This document shows positions 56,112 through 64,000 of a stretch of DNA of 64,000 bases, piece after piece (within the stretch, counting starts at the first letter, position 1; each line of letters opens with the position of its first letter). The position numbers and the translations under genes were made by a program. A model generated the notes under the pieces. It was not told the DNA's origin. It worked only from the letters and a program-made list of their open reading frames with translations, and did no database searches. Source of the DNA: an uncultured Desulfuromonas sp. (GTDB taxonomy: Bacteria > Desulfobacterota > Desulfuromonadia > Desulfuromonadales > Desulfuromonadaceae); NCBI GenBank assembly GCA_964508035.1, contig CAZDRL010000002.1, positions 20,828 through 84,827 on the forward strand, written 5' to 3'.

Positions 56112-59066
56112 TTAGATTCGTTTTATCTGCAGCTCTGGCAGTGTCTGCACGCTGTTGCGCAGTTTTTCTTCGCTGGAGATGATGGAGATAGCCTGAACAC
56201 TCTGTGGATTATTCAGATATGTGCGTGCGACTCGAAGCAGATCTGCGTGGGTGACATTGAGTAGATTGTCGCGGAACTGCTGCCGCATGGAGTATGTTAA
56301 CCCCTGCAGATGACACGCGAATTCTGCTGCCGCACGCCCTGAAGGAGCTTTGGGGCGATCGTAGCTGCTGAATACGGATAATACCGCCTCCTTGATCTCC
56401 TGCGCACCGAAGGCTCCACTCTCAACCCACTCCAGCGCCTGGGTATACACTTCCAAGGTGCGCTCCAGATGTGGGTCGCGATAGGAGAGCATACAGAAGA
56501 TTCCTCCGTCGCTGCTGTTTGACGCCATTCCTCCATATGCACCCCCCTTTTCGCGGATTTCACGATGGAGAAAGTTTGCGCGTAGCAGCGTAGCTAGAAC
56601 ATTCAGCGCAGCGGCGTCCGCGTGAGCGTAGGGGATGGTACGGAAACAGCGCGTTACATAGGATACCGGTATCGATGTGGCCCAGCCCAGCTGTGCAGCC
56701 TTGGGGGTAACCTTCTCGAGCGCAGCGTTGGCACGCACGTGGCCTTCTGGCAGCGCTTGTATGAAAGATGTGAACGCGTTGGAAGCGGAGTCGAGTTGAT
56801 CCTGTTCTGCGGTAAGGGCAGCGCGCATGTTGCTGCGCTCGAACAGTTGCTGCTGCAGCTGCGTCAGCATTTGGGCCGTGTGGGTAAGTTCTTCCTGCGG
56901 AAGAGCGGCTAGCTGTTTGATATGTTGCAGTTGCGCCAATCCGTTCCAGAGTTCGCGACGCTGCGCGGCTGGGGTCAGACATGCTGCTCCGGCCTGAGCG
57001 GCAAAGCTGTGGCCAGAAGCGGGGATGGAGTTTTCCAGCGAGCTTTTGAGTTGCCCAATAACTGTGGCCAGACGTTCGGTGTCGCTGAAATCAGCGCAGG
57101 TGGACAGTTCCGCCATAATTTCGCACAACGGTGCCACGTTTCGATCAAGCGCCTTCCCTTTCAGGCTGATCCAGACATTGGCGCGCTCAAGGGTGTGGAT
57201 GTCGTTCATCACATTGGCAGAACACGAAATCCCCCCAGTGTTGGCTTCCATGCGCTGCGCCATCTCTACGTAGTCGTACTTATCTGTTCCCACCTGGGTG
57301 AGCATGCTGCAGAACAGTGGCACATAAGGGATCAGTTCCTTTTCGATATGTGCGCATGGGAAGTAGCTGTTGATATAGCTTAAGCCATTGGTGGGTTGGG
57401 CAAAGCGGTGTATCTCTAGCCTACCTGTGCCTAGCTCACCTATTTGGCTGATTTCAGCCTCTACGCGCGGCTCCACTGGATCGATATCTTCCATCTCCAG
57501 ATCAGGCAGACACGAGAGATCCTCAATCTGTTCCTGGTTCTGTTGTAGTTGCTGCGCCTGCTTAATTAGTGCTTGTTTTTGCGCTGGAGTAAGAGAGGCT
57601 TTAATGGTATCCAGACGTTCCCGTTCTTGCATCTGTTCGCGCGTGCCCTGCTCTTGATCCGGGCGCAGACACAGAGTTACTCGATGTTGGTTGTCGAGAA
57701 GCCAGCTCTGGATCAAACCTTCAAAAAAGCCCCCCTTGGCAACATCGGCACGTAGACGTTCAAAGTGGGCGTCGAATTTTAGCGCCGAAGCAGGGTCGTC
57801 GCAGTGGAGCCAAGGCCCGAGAATGCGCAGCAACAGGGTGATCGGGTAGGGGTATGACCCCCCACTTACTTCACGATTTGCCAGTTCCATGCGGTGGATA
57901 GCTGCTTCGATCCGCTCCTGGCTGAAGCCGGCTGTAGCAATGGCTTGCAGGTTTTCGAGGATGCAGGCTTCGACCGCTTTCGCGCGCTCTGGCTCCGTGC
58001 CTTGAAGCCCAACAGCAAAACAGGTGGTGCGGTAGTCATCGTGGTAGCCACATCCAGGGGTGAGGTTTTTCCCCAGGCCAGAATCCAGCAGCGCCTTGTA
58101 CAGTGGTGCCCCTGGATTGCCCAACAACAGTTGCGATAGCAGAGTCATGCATAGACGGGTATAGCTGTCGGAGATGTCGTTGGTGAGCCACGCCATATGG
58201 AGCATGGTTTTTTCGCTGATTTCTTCACCCGGATCAAGCGGGAAGGTCTCCTCCGCAAATAGTGCCTGATCACGTACGGGTTCCGGCGGTACTTCACTGT
58301 TGACCTCAAGCGCATCAAAGTGCTGCAAAACCTGAGACTCGATACGCTCCAGGTGTTCTTCCACGGGGAAATCACCGTAGGTAAAAAAGCATGCATTGCT
58401 AGGATGGTAGTAGCGCGCGTGAAACGCCTTCAGCTCTTCCCAGGTGAGATTGGGAATATCCTGCGGTTCCCCGCCAGAATTGTGATGGTAGCAGGTGGTC
58501 GGGTACAGATGTCTGGTGGTGCGGCGCCCCAGCAGGCTGGCAGGGTCTGCCATGGCCCCTTTCATTTCGTTGTATACCACCCCTTTAAATTCCAGGGGGC
58601 TATCTGGATTGTTCATCTCGCTGAATTCGAGCCGATGTCCTTCCTGGGCAAAATCCTGCTGGCGCAGCAGGGGGAAAAACGCTGCGTCAAGATAGATCCC
58701 TAAAAGGTTGGAGAAATCCTTGTGATTCTGGCTCGAAAAAGGGTAGCAGGTCCAGTCGCTTGAGGTGAACGCATTCATAAAGCTGTTAAGGCTGCGCTTT
58801 AGCATACTGAAAAATGGGTCGCGCACCGGGTAGTTTTTAGAACCGCACAGTGCGGTGTGTTCCAGAATATGTGCAATGCCGCTTGAGTCTTCCGGCGGAG
58901 TTTTGAATGCCACAGCAAACATATTGTTGCTGTCATCACACTCGAGGTGGACAAAACGTGCCCCTGTCCGTGTGTGTTTGAGTTGGTACATTTTGGCGTT
59001 GATTTCGTCGAGCATGCTGGTTTGAACCAAGGTGAATCCAGCTGGGATAGCAATGTGTTCAGGCAT
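56112..59066 (-). CDS. M16-family zinc metallopeptidase, PreP/pitrilysin-like (M16C)
   Basis: 984 aa with inverted zinc motif HILEH (GIAHILEHTALCGS). The size and four-domain layout are typical of presequence-protease-like enzymes. Confidence 0.9.
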   Translation of the reverse strand: MPEHIAIPAGFTLVQTSMLDEINAKMYQLKHTRTGARFVHLECDDSNNMFAVAFKTPPEDSSGIAHILEHTALCGSKNYPVRDPFFSMLKRSLNSFMNAFTSSDWTCYPFSSQNHKDFSNLLGIYLDAAFFPLLRQQDFAQEGHRLEFSEMNNPDSPLEFKGVVYNEMKGAMADPASLLGRRTTRHLYPTTCYHHNSGGEPQDIPNLTWEELKAFHARYYHPSNACFFTYGDFPVEEHLERIESQVLQHFDALEVNSEVPPEPVRDQALFAEETFPLDPGEEISEKTMLHMAWLTNDISDSYTRLCMTLLSQLLLGNPGAPLYKALLDSGLGKNLTPGCGYHDDYRTTCFAVGLQGTEPERAKAVEACILENLQAIATAGFSQERIEAAIHRMELANREVSGGSYPYPITLLLRILGPWLHCDDPASALKFDAHFERLRADVAKGGFFEGLIQSWLLDNQHRVTLCLRPDQEQGTREQMQERERLDTIKASLTPAQKQALIKQAQQLQQNQEQIEDLSCLPDLEMEDIDPVEPRVEAEISQIGELGTGRLEIHRFAQPTNGLSYINSYFPCAHIEKELIPYVPLFCSMLTQVGTDKYDYVEMAQRMEANTGGISCSANVMNDIHTLERANVWISLKGKALDRNVAPLCEIMAELSTCADFSDTERLATVIGQLKSSLENSIPASGHSFAAQAGAACLTPAAQRRELWNGLAQLQHIKQLAALPQEELTHTAQMLTQLQQQLFERSNMRAALTAEQDQLDSASNAFTSFIQALPEGHVRANAALEKVTPKAAQLGWATSIPVSYVTRCFRTIPYAHADAAALNVLATLLRANFLHREIREKGGAYGGMASNSSDGGIFCMLSYRDPHLERTLEVYTQALEWVESGAFGAQEIKEAVLSVFSSYDRPKAPSGRAAAEFACHLQGLTYSMRQQFRDNLLNVTHADLLRVARTYLNNPQSVQAISIISSEEKLRNSVQTLPELQIKRI

Positions 59067-59466
59067 AAGAATAAAATCCTGTGGTTTTGTTTGGGGTTGA
59101 TAAATTAAAGAAGCAGGGTGCAGATATCAATAAAGGGGGAAGATAACGTATATTCAGAGAAGTGCAAGGGTGGATATGGCAAGCACGCCGTAATCAAGCG
59201 CAGATTGATGGCGGATTGGTGCTATTGGGCACCACAGCGCAATCCATGGTTGCAATATATAGGTTTGGCGCTGCACTTAAAATATTCCTGCACTAATTAA
59301 ATATACGCAAACGGTCTATTTTTCCACCTTCTAGTTCTTCGCTGCTGTAATCTTCCCCAGTATCAGGTTATATTGTGCTCTGCAGCGGATGGGGATTTAT
59401 TCTGCTGGAGTGGATGGCGGTCAATTTTTTATGCCTATGGTGTGGAATTATGGTGGGAGCTTACGG

Positions 59467-59497
59467 AGATGGCATCGACTGCTGCCATCTGTTTTTT
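59467..59497 (+). terminator. Intrinsic-terminator-like hairpin plus U6 directly upstream of the DsbC-like gene RBS (attenuator or end of an unannotated small RNA)
   Basis: agatggca (59467-59474) pairs with tgccatct (59483-59490) around an 8-nt loop. G plus T6 follows at 59491-59497. AGGAGG is at 59503-59508 and the ATG at 59516. Confidence 0.5.
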
Positions 59498-59515
59498 GCT
59501 CTAGGAGGAACAAAT

Positions 59516-60337
59516 ATGTCCTTGAAACAAGGTACTATGCGGCAAATGAACCTCGCACGTAATCTGCGGATCGGTTTGGTGGCGCAGACATTTATGCTGC
59601 TGTTTTTTTTGGGCTTAATTTTGCCTGGAATAGCTCTGTCTTTTGGCGCGGGGGGGTGTGGCGCGGGTGAATGTAAAGATTGTCACTCCCTCAGTGCGGA
59701 TGAAGCGCTGAAGCTTCTTCCAGCTGGAGCTGACAAGATCAACAAGGTTGATTTTTCCGAAGTGGGAGGCTTGTGGCGCGTTGAAGGGGAAGCGCAGGGA
59801 CAGAGTTTTAGTGTATATGTCGATTTTTCTAAGCAGTACCTCATTGCTGGCAATATCATCCGTATTCGGGACGGAGCGGATATAAGCCATAAGGTGGATG
59901 TGAGCGAAATCCCACCAGGTGGAGGGATAATCCTCGGCAATCCTGAGGCGCAGGTACGTGTATATGTTTTCAGTGATGTACGTTGTGTTTACTGCGAAAC
60001 CTTACACCAAAACCTTGAAACTCTGGTAGCGCAAAACCAGCAAGTTCAGGTGGTGGTGCATCTGCTTCCGGTAATGATGGAGAAGGAGTTGGCTGCGGCG
60101 CTTGGGTGCAGCAATTCTGCCGACATGTTGCGTGCAGCGTACGCTTCACGTGGGGAAAGCGATATCCTAAAAGAGTTGGAGCCCTGTGCCCATACAGATG
60201 TTGATGCAGTGGTCAGTTTTGCACGCAAGTGGCAACTGCGTTCCACCCCAACAATAGTTTTGCCGGATGGGCAGGTTGTGCGCGGCTCGCGCTCGCTGGA
60301 GCGTATAGAGCAGATGTTGGAACCATTTTTAAACTGA
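59516..60337 (+). CDS. Periplasmic DsbC/DsbG-like thiol:disulfide isomerase with an extra N-terminal Cys cluster containing CxxCH
   Basis: 273 aa from ATG 59516. Signal peptide, then GGCGAGECKDCH. A DsbC-like N-terminal domain (GLWRVEG...VYVDFSKQYLIAGNI) is followed by a thioredoxin fold with CVYC. Confidence 0.75.
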   Translation: MSLKQGTMRQMNLARNLRIGLVAQTFMLLFFLGLILPGIALSFGAGGCGAGECKDCHSLSADEALKLLPAGADKINKVDFSEVGGLWRVEGEAQGQSFSVYVDFSKQYLIAGNIIRIRDGADISHKVDVSEIPPGGGIILGNPEAQVRVYVFSDVRCVYCETLHQNLETLVAQNQQVQVVVHLLPVMMEKELAAALGCSNSADMLRAAYASRGESDILKELEPCAHTDVDAVVSFARKWQLRSTPTIVLPDGQVVRGSRSLERIEQMLEPFLN

Positions 60338-60466
60338 GTCAGAGTGGGTCTGTTTGTTGGGTGGTGTGAGCAGTGTGGGCTTGATTTTATTCCTTTTATC
60401 TGCTAGATAACCATCTTCCAATTTTTAAAACTAGTTTATAAAAACAGCACGGAGAATGTAAAATCT

Positions 60467-61237
60467 ATGGGACTGATGAGCGGTAAGCGTGGCATTATTT
60501 TTGGTGTAGCAAATGAGATGAGTATCGCCTGGGGGATTGCCCAGCAGTTGAAAGAACAGGGCGCCGAAATGGCGTTTACATACTTAAATGAATCGCTTGA
60601 AAAGCGGGTGCGCCCTCTGGCGCAGAGACTTGACTCCAACATTATCCTCCCTTGTGATGTAAGCAAAGACGAGGAGATAGAAGCAGTATTTGAAGAGCTG
60701 CGCAAGGAGTGGGGTAGCATCGATTTTGTCGTACATGCGGTTGCATTTGCCGACCGTGAAGACTTGAAGCGTCCTTACAGCCAGACCAGCCGTGACGGCT
60801 TTAAACTTGCCATGGATATTAGTGCGTACTCGCTGGTTGCGGTTACCCGTTGTGCCGTGCCCCTGATGAGCGAAGGGGGGAGTATCGTAACCCTGACCTA
60901 TCTTGGAGCGCAGCGTGCAGTTCCTAACTACAATGTGATGGGGGTGGCAAAGGCGGCGCTTGAAGCTTCGGTGCGCTACCTCGCAGCCGAGCTGGGTGAG
61001 AAGCAGATTCGGGTCAACGCTATTTCTGCCGGTCCTATTCGTACCCTGGCGGCTTCTGGGGTTGCGAACTTCCGCGCAAAAATCAAGCTGATGGATGACT
61101 ATTCTCCGCTGCGACGTACCGTAACCCAACTAGAGGTGGGCAAAAGCGCCACCTATTTTCTCTCTGATCTGGCGAGTGGGGTTACCGGTGAGGTGCACTA
61201 CGTGGATGCAGGGTTTAATACGGTGGTTAGCGCTTGA
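60467..61237 (+). CDS. fabI: Enoyl-[acyl-carrier-protein] reductase (NADH)
   Basis: 256 aa. GKRGIIFGVANEMSIAWGIA..., a typical FabI SDR with the Y..M....K catalytic pattern. Confidence 0.95.
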   Translation: MGLMSGKRGIIFGVANEMSIAWGIAQQLKEQGAEMAFTYLNESLEKRVRPLAQRLDSNIILPCDVSKDEEIEAVFEELRKEWGSIDFVVHAVAFADREDLKRPYSQTSRDGFKLAMDISAYSLVAVTRCAVPLMSEGGSIVTLTYLGAQRAVPNYNVMGVAKAALEASVRYLAAELGEKQIRVNAISAGPIRTLAASGVANFRAKIKLMDDYSPLRRTVTQLEVGKSATYFLSDLASGVTGEVHYVDAGFNTVVSA

Positions 61238-61270
61238 GAATACTGCATTGTTCCATATGATTTAGCGAGT

Positions 61271-61296
61271 AAAAAGGGGCCTATGTGCCCCTTTTT
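61271..61296 (+). terminator. Rho-independent terminator after fabI
   Basis: AAAAAggggc-ctatgt-gccccTTTTT. Confidence 0.65.
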
Positions 61297-61317
61297 GCGT
61301 TTTAAGGGGGTGTAGAT

Positions 61318-62982
61318 ATGCTTCACGGAAACACAAGTGGACTGAAAGCGTCGCAGGTAAAAGCTCTCGAACGTATTCAGCGGCGGCGTATCCCTCCGCA
61401 TGAGATGATCTCCACCGAACTTGCCAATTTCATGTGTGCTCTTGCGCGCGATCTCCGGCGTCAGATCGGCATTCTCGTAGACCGCGACGGTACCATCCAG
61501 CATGTGATTCTGGGCAATGATCGTGAGATTGTGCTTCCAGATATTAGTGATTATGCGCTGGGGCGTAGTGGTCTGCGAGGCTTGCGTTGCATCCATACCC
61601 ATCTGAACAACGAACCCCTGTCGCAGGACGATATAGCTGACCTGACCCTGTTGCGTCTGGACTTGATGGCCGCGATAGGGGTGGATGAAGATGGCGCGCC
61701 GCTGGGGCTTTACTATGCGCACCTGCTTCCACCCAATCCGCAACAACGTCAGGTTGAACAACACCAGCTCAAGCATTTCCACACCCTTGAGCTGGATATT
61801 GAAGAGTTTCTGCGTGCATTAGAAGCTGAGCTGGAGCGCAGCGCCGCAGCGACGGTGGACCTTTCAGATTCGCGTGAGCGCGCACTGCTTATATCAGTGA
61901 GTAAAAAGCCCAAGAGCGCTATCGAGGACTCCCTCACTGAGTTGCGGGAACTTGCGCGCACTGCAGGGGTAGTTGTGCTTGGTAGTGTGGTGCAGCGCCC
62001 CAACCGTTTCAACCCCCGCTATCTCATGGGGGAGGGGAAAATCAAAGACGTGATGAGTAGTGCGTTGCAACAGCGCGCTACCATGCTGATTTTTGATCAG
62101 GATCTCACCCCGACCCAAGTGCGTTCCATCTCTGCCCTTACCGAGTTGAAAACCATAGACCGGTCTCAGTTGATCTTAGATATCTTTGCGAGCCGAGCGC
62201 ACACCCTCGACGGTAAGGTGCAGGTAGAACTGGCTCAGCTTAAATATATCCTTCCACGTCTAAGTGGAAAGGGGACGGAGCTTTCCCGCTTGATGGGAGG
62301 GATTGGTGGGCGTGGACCCGGCGAGACCAAGCTGGAGATCGATCGGCGCCGCATTCGCGAGCGGATCAGCCACCTGGAGAAGCGGCTAAAAAAGATGGCG
62401 CGCAGCCGTCTGCAGCGGCGCCAGCACCGCAATCGCTCTAATGTTCCCATTGTCTCTATTGTTGGGTATACTAATGCGGGTAAATCGACATTATTAAATG
62501 CCCTGACCCAAAGTGATGTATTCGCCGAAGATAAGCTCTTCGCCACTCTAGACACTTCTACGCGGCGCTTACGTTTTCCGCAGGAACGTGAAGTGATCAT
62601 CACTGACACTGTGGGCTTTATTCGCGATTTACCTCCAAGTTTGATGGGAGCATTTAAGGCAACCCTTGAAGAACTTGAGGATGCTGATTTGCTGTTGCAG
62701 GTGGTGGATATCTCCGATCCGTGTTTTGAAGATCACCTCAATGCTGTGGACCAAATCCTTGAAGATCTCCAACTTGCACATACCCCCAGGCTGCGGATTT
62801 TTAACAAAATTGATCGCATTGACGCGGCAGAATGTGAAGAACTGTGTCGACGCTATGACGCCATCCCTGTATGCGCTCAGGATCGTACCACGTTTAAGCC
62901 GCTGATGGAGGCATTGCAGAGGCGTTTCTGGCCCGATGAAAAGGTGTTTGATAATATTGACTGTGCGGACGATTTTCTATAG
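61318..62982 (+). CDS. hflX: GTPase HflX with a ~185-aa N-terminal extension
   Basis: 553 aa. From residue ~186 it is a canonical HflX: N-domain ..LTELRELARTAG.., GEGKIKDV, G-domain GYTNAGKSTL, DTVGF, NKID. RBS AGGGGG precedes ATG 61318. Confidence 0.9.
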   Translation: MLHGNTSGLKASQVKALERIQRRRIPPHEMISTELANFMCALARDLRRQIGILVDRDGTIQHVILGNDREIVLPDISDYALGRSGLRGLRCIHTHLNNEPLSQDDIADLTLLRLDLMAAIGVDEDGAPLGLYYAHLLPPNPQQRQVEQHQLKHFHTLELDIEEFLRALEAELERSAAATVDLSDSRERALLISVSKKPKSAIEDSLTELRELARTAGVVVLGSVVQRPNRFNPRYLMGEGKIKDVMSSALQQRATMLIFDQDLTPTQVRSISALTELKTIDRSQLILDIFASRAHTLDGKVQVELAQLKYILPRLSGKGTELSRLMGGIGGRGPGETKLEIDRRRIRERISHLEKRLKKMARSRLQRRQHRNRSNVPIVSIVGYTNAGKSTLLNALTQSDVFAEDKLFATLDTSTRRLRFPQEREVIITDTVGFIRDLPPSLMGAFKATLEELEDADLLLQVVDISDPCFEDHLNAVDQILEDLQLAHTPRLRIFNKIDRIDAAECEELCRRYDAIPVCAQDRTTFKPLMEALQRRFWPDEKVFDNIDCADDFL

Positions 62983-62997
62983 TCTGACCCCACGCTT

Positions 62998-63033
62998 GGC
63001 GTATCTGTGGCGGCGAAGCGTATCAGATACGCC
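62998..63033 (+). terminator. 10-bp perfect hairpin downstream of hflX (possible terminator or REP-like element)
   Basis: ggcgtatctg-(16 nt)-cagatacgcc. No U-tract. Confidence 0.3.
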
Positions 63034-63110
63034 ATCTGATCATGGCTCTATCCGCAGCGTTCCTGGTGTCTGAACGCGCCTTTGGAAGTTAATATTTTAC
63101 TGGATATGTT

Positions 63111-64000
63111 ATGCATAAATACTGGATAGATATAGTAAAAATCTGCGTGATTGTATTGACTTGCATTGGTGTGATTGGGTGTACCTCTTCGAGGCTGGAA
63201 CGCAACGTAGATGTAACCGGCGTACCAGCTGTGCAGAACAATGCTGAACGTACAGTTGGAGCAGCGCTTGATGCTAAGGCATCATTTGCGGGTGCAAGTG
63301 GAGATAGGGAAGCTAACCTCGGGGCGGTGAAAGTTGATCCTGATGGAACCCCCATCCGCTGTGCTGATAACCGTGCAGAGCAGAGTGTGCCGGAAGATTG
63401 TGGCCCGAGCTACGATTTCCCCATAGTTAGAAATGCGCAAGTAGAAGAACTAATCGACTACTACACCACCGGATCAGGGCGACGTTCACTCCAACTGTGG
63501 CTCGAGCGTTCCGGGCGCTATCTCCCTTTGATGCAGCGCACCTTTGCCGAGGCAGGTTTGCCTCAGGATCTAGCCTTGCTCGCACTCGTTGAGTCTGGTT
63601 TCAATAGCAATGCGCACAGTTGGGCGAATGCTGTTGGGTACTGGCAGTTTATTGAGTCTACCGGGCGGATGTACGGGTTGGAAAATACCTGGTGGCGTGA
63701 CGAACGACGCGATGTAGAAAAAGCTACCCGTGCAGCAGCGCACTATCTTAGAGATCTCTACGCTCGTTTTGATGACTGGTATCTTGCAGTGGCCGCCTAT
63801 AATGCTGGTCCCGGTAAAATGTTGAATGCCATCAAACGGCACAATTCACGCGATTTCTGGCGGCTGGCGCAGGGCAACTATCTGCGCGCTGAAACCAAGC
63901 GCTACATCCCCAAGCTTCTTGCAACAATTATCATCTCCAAGGAGCCAGAACAGTACGGCTTCACGAACCTTAAGTATGCTCAAGCGCTAGAGTTTGACAC
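63111..64000 (+). CDS. mltD: Membrane-bound lytic murein transglycosylase D-like lipoprotein (partial, runs off window)
   Basis: Read by hand; it is absent from the ORF track because it has no stop in the window. Sequence is MHKYWIDIVKICVIVLTCIGVIGC (lipobox), then an SLT domain ..LALVESGFNSNAHSWANAVGYWQFIESTGRMYGL..AAYNAGPGK.. The frame is open to base 64000. Confidence 0.8.
   Translation, partial: MHKYWIDIVKICVIVLTCIGVIGCTSSRLERNVDVTGVPAVQNNAERTVGAALDAKASFAGASGDREANLGAVKVDPDGTPIRCADNRAEQSVPEDCGPSYDFPIVRNAQVEELIDYYTTGSGRRSLQLWLERSGRYLPLMQRTFAEAGLPQDLALLALVESGFNSNAHSWANAVGYWQFIESTGRMYGLENTWWRDERRDVEKATRAAAHYLRDLYARFDDWYLAVAAYNAGPGKMLNAIKRHNSRDFWRLAQGNYLRAETKRYIPKLLATIIISKEPEQYGFTNLKYAQALEFD

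Noticed and set aside
59305-59314. ACGCAAACGG resembling the ACGCAAAGC core of c-di-GMP-I (GEMM-I) riboswitches. A GGGCAAA at ~50339 raised the same idea.
   Set aside because: The partner elements are not present in the right arrangement. These are the GGCAAACC first hairpin, the GNRA loop with its receptor, and the closing P1.
59375-59515. A GTG-initiated 47-codon N-terminal extension of the DsbC-like ORF, as given in the ORF track.
   Set aside because: ATG 59516 has a perfect AGGAGG at the optimal distance and is followed by a normal signal peptide. The extension would also contain the terminator hairpin. I kept it only as a speculative leader peptide.

Overview
This is a densely coding 64-kb chromosomal window with about 50 genes. 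I found no rRNA, tRNA, CRISPR array, transposase or integrase. The gene content points to an anaerobic Deltaproteobacterium of the Desulfuromonas/Geobacter type, but that is inference only. The evidence is an EF-G paralog, indolepyruvate:ferredoxin oxidoreductase, a CcdA/thioredoxin pair, ArgJ, Pta/AckA and a Sec-type redoxin. Most genes are housekeeping:
- nadK (3' end), recN, an ABC-F ATPase, and nadC-birA-coaX.
- An EF-G paralog, secA-argJ-deoC-deoB, valS, and rhlE.
- manC, pta and ackA, hpt, fabI, hflX, and mltB/mltD.

The observations worth a second look, in rough order of interest:
1. A peroxiredoxin-like redoxin gene (27089-27580) has an in-frame TGA exactly at the first Cys of its CxxC motif. 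A SECIS-like hairpin follows. This is very likely a UxxC selenoprotein that ORF callers truncate to 27242-27580.
2. One minus-strand unit (41360-32731) has iorAB inserted between the two permease genes of a Liv-type ABC importer. In the same unit the LivF ATPase is translationally fused to a PaaK-type arylacetate-CoA ligase. Three structured intergenic elements sit in it, including a 14-bp x3 tandem repeat.
3. A CheY receiver is fused to an acidic Pro/Glu-rich linker and a C-terminal helix that resembles the PopZ (DUF2497) architecture.
4. HflX carries a ~185-aa N-terminal extension with a RadC/JAMM-like HxH...S..D signature.
5. Terminator-like hairpins with U-tracts lie immediately upstream of the start codons of the ABC-F gene and a DsbC-like gene. 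These are possible attenuators.
6. A ~480-bp stretch upstream of a rimB-rimK-deacylase operon has no convincing ORF.

I did not recognise a defence island or mobile element. All functional calls rest on motif recognition by eye and need database confirmation.
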